64,000 bases of DNA from an uncultured delta proteobacterium. Lineage in GTDB: Bacteria; Desulfobacterota; Binatia; UBA9968. The translations under genes and the position numbers were made by a program. Under the pieces are notes generated by a model, which saw nothing but the letters and a program-made list of their open reading frames with translations, did no database searches and was not told the DNA's origin. Position 1 is the first letter of the stretch, and every line of letters starts with the position of its first letter. The stretch lies in assembly GCA_963847445.1 (NCBI GenBank), contig CAWJZV010000030.1, positions 64,001 through 128,000 on the forward strand. Reading direction: 5' to 3'. Shown one piece after another: positions 55,974 to 64,000 of the stretch.

Positions 55974-57093
55974 CTAACCTAGACAGTTTGCGCGCCAACG
56001 CCGCGGCGGGCTCGCGCCACCGATTGATCTTTTCTTCGGATTGATTTTGGCGTTTGTAGTATTGCTCGACGGTCAGATGATCTTTCGCCGGCAGGACGCC
56101 GAACTCGCGCAGCCACTTGGTGTCGACGTCCAGCCGCCGCGTCGGTTGATGCATCGCCCGGGTGTAAACATCCTGGCCTTCCCGGCTCAAGAACCAGTTG
56201 AGAAACAAGCCGCGCGGCATTGGGATGCGGGGCGTTTTTCAAGACGACTGACATGGCCGCTGCCGCCGGCGACGTACATACCTTCCTTGGGAGCCGGCAG
56301 CGGCGCCACCGGCAAACCCGCTTTGATGAACGGCGTGTAGGAGTAATAGCTGAGCCCGAGTACGAGAGCGATATTGCCCTTGGCGAGAATTTCCGCCAGG
56401 ACGCGTTGATCGCGGCTCAAGGCGAGCTTCTGGCCAACCAGCTTGCGCAGGTAATCTTCGCCCTTCACCTCGCGAAGATAGGACCACAGCGACGCCCCCG
56501 AACCGGGTGTGCGCGGATCGAGAAAGCCGATCTTGCCTCTTAATTTTTCATCGAGCAGGTCGTCGAAGCTGCGCACGTCTTCTGCTTTCATCAATTGGGA
56601 ATTAAACCACAGACTCTCCGGCTGGTAGGCCAGGGTGCTATAGACAAATTTCTTCGCGTTGTCGACCCAGATATGGCCGCCCCACCACTGTTTCGGGTCT
56701 TTAACTTCGGGCAGCATCATGTAGGGTTCCAGCGGATCGACAACTCCTTCCGGCAACATACCCGTAACCACCGATTCACTGCCGCCCATGTGCAGGTCGG
56801 TATAGCGCACGCCCGCCTTGGCCTCGTCGACCATCTTGCGCACCACGATCGATGCCCGGCCGACTATCGGGCTCGACATCGATGCCGTAACGTTTCTCGA
56901 AAAGTCGCTCGATGGCGGCGCGCAACTCGTTGCTTGCCGGCAGCGACACCACCACCTTGCCTTCTTTCTTGGCCGCTTCGACCAGCTTGTCCCATTCGGG
57001 ATTCTTGCTCTGCGGGGAGACCTGCGGCACAAAAAACACCCCGCACAAGATCGACAACCACAGCGCAAATAACCCCGTCTGAGCGCGTCGCAT
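55974..57093 (-). CDS. ABC substrate-binding protein, WWGGH subfamily paralog C, frameshifted
   Basis: Same motif set; very similar to 57107-58232. Confidence 0.88.
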
Positions 57094-57106
57094 CGAATCG
57101 CCCTCC

Positions 57107-58232
57107 TTAGCCGAGCAGTTTTCGCGCCAACGCCGCCGCCGGTTCACGCAGCCGATTGATCTTTTCTTCCGATTGATTTTCACGCTTGTAGTACTGATCG
57201 ATGGTCAATGTGTCTTTCGCCGGCAGTACACCGAACTCGCGCAGCCACTTGGTGTCGACGTCAAGGCGCCGCGTCGGCTGATGCATCGCCTTGGTGTAAA
57301 CTTCCTGGCCTTCCCGGCTCATGAACCAGTTGAGAAATAGCCGCGTCGGCGTTGGGATGGGGCGCATTCTTCAAGACCACCAAATGGCCGCTGCCGCCGC
57401 TGACATAGACGCCTTCTTTGGGCACCGGCAACGGCTCCACCGGCAAGCCCGCTTTGATGAACGGCGCGTAGGAATAGTAAGTGAGGCCCAAGACCAGCGC
57501 GATTTTGCCCTTGGCGAGAATCTCCGCCAAGACGCGTTGGTCGCGGCTCAAAGACAACTTCTGGCCGACCAGCTTGCGCAGGTAGTCCTCTCCCTTCACC
57601 TCTCTCAGATAAGACCACATGGACGCCCCCGACCCGGGTGTGCGCGGATCGAGTATGCCGATTCTGCCTTTCAATTTTTCATCGAGCAGGTCGTCGAAGC
57701 TGCGCACATCCGAGGCTTTCATCAGTTGGGAGTTGAACCAGAGGCTTTCCGACTGATAGGCCAAAGTGGAATAGACAAATTTTTTCGGATTGTCGACCCA
57801 AATGTGACCGCCCCACCACTGCTTGGGATCTCTCACTTCGGGAAGCAGCATGTAAGACTCCAAGGGATCGATGATGCCCTCGGGTAACATACCGGTCACC
57901 ACCGACTCGCTGCCGCCCATGTGCAGATCGACGTAGCGCACGCCCGCTTTGGACTCGTCGATCATTTTGCGCACCACGGTGGAGGCCCGCCCAACGATCG
58001 GTTCGACATCGATGCCGTAGCGCTTTTCGAAAAGTCGCTCGATGCCGGCGCGCAGCTCGGCGCTCGCCGGCAAGGACACCACCACCTTGCCCTCTTTTTT
58101 CGCCAGTTCGATGGTTCGGTCCCACTCGGCTTGCCAAGCCGGCTTTGCCGTCTGCGCGCCGGTGACAATCGGCGAGGCAAGGATGCAAGACAACGTAAGG
58201 CAGATGCGGAGTTTTATGAGAAGTTTTCCCAT
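57107..58232 (-). CDS. ABC substrate-binding protein, WWGGH subfamily paralog B, frameshifted
   Basis: Same motif set; ORFs 57261-58232 and 57107-57367. Confidence 0.88.
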
Positions 58233-58271
58233 GTCTTGGTCAGCCGTTAGGTCAGAAATGAATCATTTTGC

Positions 58272-58376
58272 TCACCGCGAAGGACACGAAGATCGAAGCG
58301 GGCGGGTTTGAAACCCGCCCCGACATTTCGTCATTCTTTCTTGTGCACTTTGCGTTCTTTGCGGCCAATTCTCCGG
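58272..58376. repeat. Composite repeat: GTAG-type REP (GTCG variant) inside family C arms
   Basis: gggcgggtttgaaacccgccccgac palindrome at 58300-58324; ctttgcgttctttgcggccaattc resembles 25801-25823. Confidence 0.75.
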
Positions 58377-58380
58377 TCTC

Positions 58381-59496
58381 TTACAAGCCCGCGTAATCGA
58401 AGCGCGGCATCTCCGACGGCACACCAAGTTTCTTGATGGCCGCCTCGAAGTCGATGCGAAACTGCGGGTCTTCATCCTCGTATTCGATCAGGGTGCCGCC
58501 TTCGCGGGTGCTGGTGCGCACGCCTTCTTTGTTGATCGCGCGCCAGCAGCCGAGCAGATATTTCCCCGACTGGCCGCTATAGCGAAACGCCAGCTGGCGC
58601 GCCTGCTCGTTACCGGTGTTGAAATGTTGATGGAACCAGCCGCTCGGCGGGCTAAAGACGCTGCCTTCGCGCCAGTCGACGCGCACGACTTTATCGGCGT
58701 TACCGTTCTTATAAGGACGCAAGCCAGCCTCCTGCGGCCACATGAGCGTGTAACCCTGGGAACGCAGGATCAGCAAGATCGCGCCGCCCTGGTGAAAATG
58801 CGCCTTATGATAGCGCCCCACCGGCCACTCGGCGATGTGTCCGACCAGGGTGCTGCCGCCCATGTCGAAGGAAGTGATCTTGACGCCGAAGCCTTTGGCT
58901 TCCGAGGGATCGACTAAAGCGCCGCGGGCGTCGGCGATGAAGTTGGTTTCCCAATTGATAAAACCGCCGAGCTCCTTGCGCGAGTTGGTCGGCACGAAGT
59001 AATTGCTCTCGGCGTCGAAGCGGTCGCCAAACTTGTAATCGCTGCCCATGACGAATGGAATATTGTGCAGCAGATCGATCATCAGCGGCGCGCTGGTGAC
59101 GGCGAGAAAAAACACCGGCTCTTTGCTGCCGTTGATCATCCGATGGCGGGTATTGAGCGGAATGGCGAACAGGCTGCCCTGTTGCCATTCGAAATGCATT
59201 TTGCGTTTTTCTTCACCGGCGGACCAAAGTTCAGTGGCGCCGATGCCCTTGATAATGTAAATCAATTCTTCGTAGAGATGATTTTCCGCATTGAGCGCGG
59301 CGCCGGCAGGAATCTCGCTGACATACATGCCGGTGAAACCTTCCATCCCTTTCAAGTCGATGAACGCCCCCTTGCCGCCGGTGCGCTGCCAAGGTTGCAG
59401 CGCCAATTGCGTCACATCCTCGACGCCGTAGCCCTCGACCACCGGAATCGCCTCTTGTCGCATCCATATTTCATAACTGGTATCGCGTTTCGCCAC
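58381..59496 (-). CDS. Bicupin protein 2
   Basis: Intact; ENHLYEE, EWQ.GSLF..P.N..H, YHKAHFH, WFHQHFN; paralog of 51060-52205. Confidence 0.88.
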   Translation of the reverse strand: MAKRDTSYEIWMRQEAIPVVEGYGVEDVTQLALQPWQRTGGKGAFIDLKGMEGFTGMYVSEIPAGAALNAENHLYEELIYIIKGIGATELWSAGEEKRKMHFEWQQGSLFAIPLNTRHRMINGSKEPVFFLAVTSAPLMIDLLHNIPFVMGSDYKFGDRFDAESNYFVPTNSRKELGGFINWETNFIADARGALVDPSEAKGFGVKITSFDMGGSTLVGHIAEWPVGRYHKAHFHQGGAILLILRSQGYTLMWPQEAGLRPYKNGNADKVVRVDWREGSVFSPPSGWFHQHFNTGNEQARQLAFRYSGQSGKYLLGCWRAINKEGVRTSTREGGTLIEYEDEDPQFRIDFEAAIKKLGVPSEMPRFDYAGL

Positions 59497-59498
59497 CG

Positions 59499-61085
59499 TC
59501 AGTGTCCTTTCACTTCTTTATGTTGAAAATAATCGCCCTGCACGACTTTCTCGGCGAGACGATCGTCTTCGTCATCCCACAGACCCAGCGGATAACCGTA
59601 CCAGGGCGTTTTCAAATTCAATTTTGGCATTTCCGCTTCCTGCCAAATTTTTAGCGCCTGTTCCATGTAGGATTTTTTCGGCAACCCCACCGGTGGAAAC
59701 GGTCCTTTCCGCGTGGCGTCAATCAACAAACCGGAACAGCCCACGGCGCCGGGAAAACTGCGCTCTTCGCGGCCGCGCATGAGCGAGTGCGCCGACGGAT
59801 CGAGCAGCGGCGAGCGGCCGGTGCTGATCTCGACATCCTGATGCGGCTGCATGGCAAAACTCATCGCCCACATCACCATGTCGGGATCTTTCGGGTCGAT
59901 ATCCTCGTCGACGACGATGATCATCTTGCTGGTCGGGTCCATGCCGGAGGCCGCGTGCAAAGCTTGCCGCGGCTTGCTCGGATGGCTCTTGCTCATGCGG
60001 ATCACCCACCAGTTCCAGCCGCCGCCCATTTCCGGGCAGGCGACTTCGAGAACCTCCGGCATGGCGCAGCTGTAGCGGAGAAAATTGTAGAGCATCATCT
60101 CGCGGCAGGTGCGCGAGATGCCGTTGGACTCGCTCGGCGGCAGGCCGACGAGGATCGCCGTGAAGATGGCATTGCGCCGCATGGTGATCGCTGTGACTTC
60201 GATCACCGAGCGAAATTCCCGCTCGACCATCAGATAACCTGGGTAGTCGCTGAACGGTTCGCCGCGCTCCTTGCGCTCGATGGAGATTTCGCCCTCGATG
60301 ATGATCTCGGCCTCGGCTGGAACTTCCAATGGAATCGTCTTGCAGGCACGACGTCAACCGGTCTGCCGCGAATGCCGCCGGCGACGGCGAGCTCATCGAC
60401 GCCGTAGGGCAGATTGGCCGCCGAGACGAAAGTAACATCGGGCAATGAGCCGAGCACGATCGCCACCGGCAGCGGCTCCTTGTGGCTGCACCGCGCTGCG
60501 ATGGTGATAAAGCATGGCATGATGCACCGGCGCGATGCCGGCGATCAGATGATGATCGCTGCGGAAGTGGCCGCTGTACATGCCGACGTTGCGCACGCCG
60601 GACTCGCGGATCGACGGTGATGAACGGCGCGGTGGCGCGAATGCCGCCGCTGAATCCCGGCTCTTCCACCGGCGCCGGCAAACCGGTGACGCCGAATTTT
60701 TTCAGCTCTTCGCCGCTATAAACGATCTCTTGAACCGGCGCGCTGGCGACCCGGCGCGGCTCGATCGGCTTCGCCAGGGCGTTGCGCCACTTTTCGTAGA
60801 TTTCTAACGGCTGCTCGCAGCCCAGACCGAGCGCGGCGATCTCCCGCGACGAGCCGTAGACTCCGGTGGCGACGCGCAGGTCATGTTTCTTGCCGCGGCT
60901 GTCGAAAACGTTTTCATATAAAAACGCTTGGCGCTGGTCGTCGGCGATGCCGCGGTACTGCAGCCGCATCAGAGGCATCAGCTCGCTATCCTTGTTCACC
61001 GGTCGAGTCCAACGATGGAGTTTGCCGCGTCGCTTCCAGCGCCTTAAGATAATCGCGGAAATCCGCAGAAATACTCTCCTGCCAT
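59499..61085 (-). CDS. UbiD-family protein 3 (divergent), frameshifted
   Basis: DFR.YL..LE, AFL.ENV, PLPVAI..G, VPA.AEI.IEG, PF.DY.GY, VVDEDIDP.D..V.WA, IDATRK. Confidence 0.88.
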
Positions 61086-61120
61086 GCCCCACACTCCTCT
61101 TGGCCGCCGCCGGCTTAAAG

Positions 61121-62263
61121 TTATTTTAGTAACGCCGCCGCCAACTTCTGCGCCGGCTCGCGGACCTTGTCGAGCTTTTCTTCGGATTGGTTCTCGACCT
61201 GGAGAAACTCTTTGACGGTCATCTGATCCTTGGCCGCGATCACGCCGGTTTCGCGCAGCCACTTGGTATCGACATCCAAGCGCCGGGTCGCTTGGCCCAA
61301 CGCTTTGGCAACGATCTCCTGCCCTTCGCGCGACAGCAGCCAATTGACGAAAACTTTCGTCGCATTGGGATGGGCCGGGGTTTTGATGATCGCCAGGTTG
61401 CCGCTGCCACCGGTACCGTAGGTCCCTTCTTTCAGTGCCGGCACCGGTTTGACCGGCAGGCCGGCTTTGATGAACGGCAGCAAGCTGTAAGAGGTCAGAC
61501 CGATCATGACCGCCACTTTGCCCTTGGCGAGATTTTCACCGAGCAGCCGTTGATCGCGGCCGAGGACGATGTCTTGGGCGATGAATTTTTTTAAATACTC
61601 TTCGCCCTTCACCGCCCACATGTGAGCCCAATTGGAATCGCCCGCGCCGGGGGTTCGCGGATCGAGAAAGCCGATCTTGCCTTTCCATTTAGGTTGCAAG
61701 AAATCATCGTAGGAACGGAAGTCGGCCGGTTTCGCCAGATCGGTGTTAATCCAGATGCTCTCGGTGAGATAGGCTTGGAACATGTAAATAAATTTTTGCC
61801 CGTTATCGACCCACATATGGCCGCCCCACCACTGCTTGGGCTCCTTCACCTCGGGCAAAACCAGCCAGGGCTCGATGGCATCGAGAATCCCTTCATCGAG
61901 CATCCCCGACACCGCCGACGACGAACCGCCGATATGCAAATCGAAGTGACGCACGCCGGACTTGAACTCATCGGCCATGCGCCGCACACCAGCACTCCCG
62001 CGCGCGGTGAACACTTCAACTTCGATGCCGAAGCGTTTGCGAAATTGCTCTTCCAACTGCCTACGCAACTCCGCGCTGGCCGGGATCGAGACCGCAACCT
62101 TGCCTTCTTTGCGACCGGCATCGACGATCCGTTCCCAATCCGCAGCGGCAGGTGACTTGGTTGCTTGGCCAAACACCGGTGGCGCGCTGGCGCAAAGCAA
62201 TGCGAGCAGTAAGAAATACAACGCGATCCATCGCGGAAAAATAATTCGGATTTGCTTATTCAC
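61121..62263 (-). CDS. ABC substrate-binding protein, WWGGH subfamily paralog A
   Basis: Intact; signal peptide, KEGKV, WWGGH, DPRTPG, HPNA. Confidence 0.9.
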   Translation of the reverse strand: MNKQIRIIFPRWIALYFLLLALLCASAPPVFGQATKSPAAADWERIVDAGRKEGKVAVSIPASAELRRQLEEQFRKRFGIEVEVFTARGSAGVRRMADEFKSGVRHFDLHIGGSSSAVSGMLDEGILDAIEPWLVLPEVKEPKQWWGGHMWVDNGQKFIYMFQAYLTESIWINTDLAKPADFRSYDDFLQPKWKGKIGFLDPRTPGAGDSNWAHMWAVKGEEYLKKFIAQDIVLGRDQRLLGENLAKGKVAVMIGLTSYSLLPFIKAGLPVKPVPALKEGTYGTGGSGNLAIIKTPAHPNATKVFVNWLLSREGQEIVAKALGQATRRLDVDTKWLRETGVIAAKDQMTVKEFLQVENQSEEKLDKVREPAQKLAAALLK

Positions 62264-62303
62264 CAGAACACCTGAGAGCACGCTGATTGGCTGGACTAAT
62301 AAA

Positions 62304-62332
62304 CCTTTAAAAGTAAATATTATATATGTCAA
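62304..62332 (-). promoter_or_regulatory. Putative sigma70 promoter / AT-rich operator of the SBP-UbiD-cupin operon
   Basis: Minus strand TTGACA, almost pure A/T 17-nt spacer, weak -10 TAAAGG; 40 nt before the start. Confidence 0.4.
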
Positions 62333-62420
62333 GTAATAATCGCGTGTTTTATCAAGCACTAGCAACGCGCACCATCCCAACCGCCATCCCAGGAGTCAGC
62401 AGAGATTCTTAGCGCAAGTG

Positions 62421-62672
62421 AGACGAGCTTCTGAATATGTCTATCGCGCTCGAAGCCAGTATCGGAGCAACTGGCCGAACGACTATCGAGGCCGGCTTGC
62501 TGTTATCATTATTGCACAATGGTACGGTTTCGATCGCACGTTTGGCTGGGCAGAAACCGCTGCCGGACGTGTCGAGACCTAGGCTATTCGTGGGGACCAT
62601 ATTTCTTACATGATTGAGCATGTACCACTGGTCGCCAACCAGATACGCGCGTGTCTGGAAAAGGTCGTGTGA
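62421..62672 (+). pseudogene. C-terminal fragment of an NRPS/PKS-type thioesterase domain
   Basis: Y.G.L..DRTFGW....GRVET*AIRGDH.SY..EHV..VA.QIRACLE*; in-frame TAG at 62580. Confidence 0.6.
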
Positions 62673-62855
62673 AGAGACATGAGCCGCCAACCGGTTTTGG
62701 CCCTAATCGATTGAAATCTTACCCCGCATGACGGCTTTGGCGCTAACCGTCCTGCGGTTCTGCGCGAAATAACTGCCAAGGTGAAACGGGTTCAAACTCC
62801 GCTAACTTTTTAGTTTTTCACGTCGTGAATTGCGCAACGGAATAAAGCGGCAGTC

Positions 62856-63106
62856 TGAGTTAGCACCGGTTTGACGGACACCTTGGCGAGAGGCAGAAAG
62901 CCCCTTGGAGGTGTTCGATGAAAAAGCGTTGCTGGAGCGACCCAATGCTCACCTCTACGAGACTGGTGGCATGCGTCGGACTCATCTGCGCGGCCAAGAG
63001 CTACAAATCGCAGTTCAAGCGTCAAGCAGTCCGGCTCATGGAGAGTTCGGAGAAGCCTGCATCCGATGTTGCACTGAGGTTAGGCGTCAGACGCAGTTGG
63101 ATGTGA
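62856..63106 (+). mobile_element. IS3-family remnant (left end and truncated OrfA) with an embedded foreign transposase fragment
   Basis: TG..accggtttgacggacacc IR-like end, RBS ggagg, MKKR[22 aa]KSYKSQFKRQAVRLM..KPASDVALRLGV HTH. Confidence 0.65.
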
Positions 63107-63118
63107 AAGGATAGCGAG

Positions 63119-64000
63119 CTATTTCTTTCCCAAGCTCGCCCGTTGATCGGGGCCGCTGTCGGCGTAGCCCGGTTGCACCAGCGAATCGATAAAGTAACGG
63201 CCGCCCTTGGCGACGATCGCCGCGCCTTTCTTTGAGCGCTTTCATCAAGCCGTCGGAAGTTGTGACTGGCGCTTCGCTATCGAAGCCTTGCGCCCGTGCC
63301 ATGGCAACCAGATCCACATGGGGGTGATCGATTTGCTGGCCGATCCAACGGTTCTGCGGCGGACGGCTACGCATATTGGCGACTCGCTCTTGGTGCAACT
63401 CGTCGTTGAAATAAGACCGGTTATCCGCCGCCACGATCATCACCGGAATATTGAAATGAGCGGCGGTCCACAAAGCGTTAACGCCCATGAGATAATCGCC
63501 GTCGCCGATGACACCGATGGTCAGCCGGCCCGGAATCTTTGAGCGCCAGCGCGGCACCGATGGTATGGCCCGGGCCGGTTCCCACCGCGCCGCCGCCGTC
63601 GTTACCCATGAATGATAACGGTCCGTCGAATTCGTAAGCTTCGCCCGGCCAGCCGATCGGCAGACGGGCAAAGGTCACATTCCGCCCTTGGGCAAACTCA
63701 CGGATGGTCATCGCCATGTCCCACATGGTCATCTGGCCTTTGCTGGAGGGTTTGGCGAATTTGCTCGCGTTCCAATGGCTGAGCTCCTTCATCGCTGCCC
63801 GCAGCTTCATTTTCGGCGCCTTCTTGCCACCCAGCGCATCGAGCAATTGCGCGACCAGTTGATCGGGCTCTGCGAGGATCGGAATATCCACCGCAGCAAG
63901 CGCTTGATGATCCATGCTCCAGCCATTGGTCCGGTAGCTATCGACGGAGCAGCTGAACGATGGTTTTCGCCGCCGGCTCCTGAGTCTGCGACTTGCCCAA
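63119..64000 (-). CDS. Thiamine-pyrophosphate-binding enzyme (benzoylformate decarboxylase/ALS-like), 3' part, frameshifted
   Basis: GGG.VG.GPG..IGAALAL, GDGDY.MG..ALWTAA...DN.SY.ND, P.VD...MA..QG. Confidence 0.88.

Noticed and set aside
62409-62690. 93-aa minus-strand ORF
   Set aside because: Shadow of the plus-strand thioesterase remnant; no RBS or motif

Overview
GC-rich bacterial chromosomal segment devoted almost entirely to solute uptake and catabolism of aromatic or heterocyclic compounds. The gene content and intergenic repeats suggest a Candidatus Binatia-like deltaproteobacterium (inference, not tested). About 60 CDSs are recognisable. They include about 16 periplasmic substrate-binding proteins (SBPs) against only 2 permeases and 1 ATPase, three UbiD-family enzymes (no ubiX), two bicupins, two heme-oxygenase-like (PqqC/CADD-type) proteins, a 3-hydroxyanthranilate dioxygenase, a xanthine-dehydrogenase-family M-L-S operon, CoA-transferase subunits, a vanadium-haloperoxidase-like protein, a cupredoxin, ychF and a cyclophilin. 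Most genes, including ychF, are split by single-base indels. These are most likely long-read sequencing errors, so many coordinates are reconstructed across frames. No rRNA, tRNA or CRISPR array was seen. Intergenic DNA holds several distinct palindromic REP-like families, plus a decayed patch (thioesterase remnant and chimeric IS remnant) near 62.4-63.1 kb. Best candidates for undescribed biology: (1) a 13-kb operon with two UbiD-bicupin modules and five paralogous SBPs, one UbiD lacking the canonical catalytic Arg; (2) a hidden membrane-anchored upstream ORF ending in a RAPP arrest-like motif; (3) two operons built around heme-oxygenase-like diiron proteins; (4) three SBPs with a conserved CxxCYxHHY motif.
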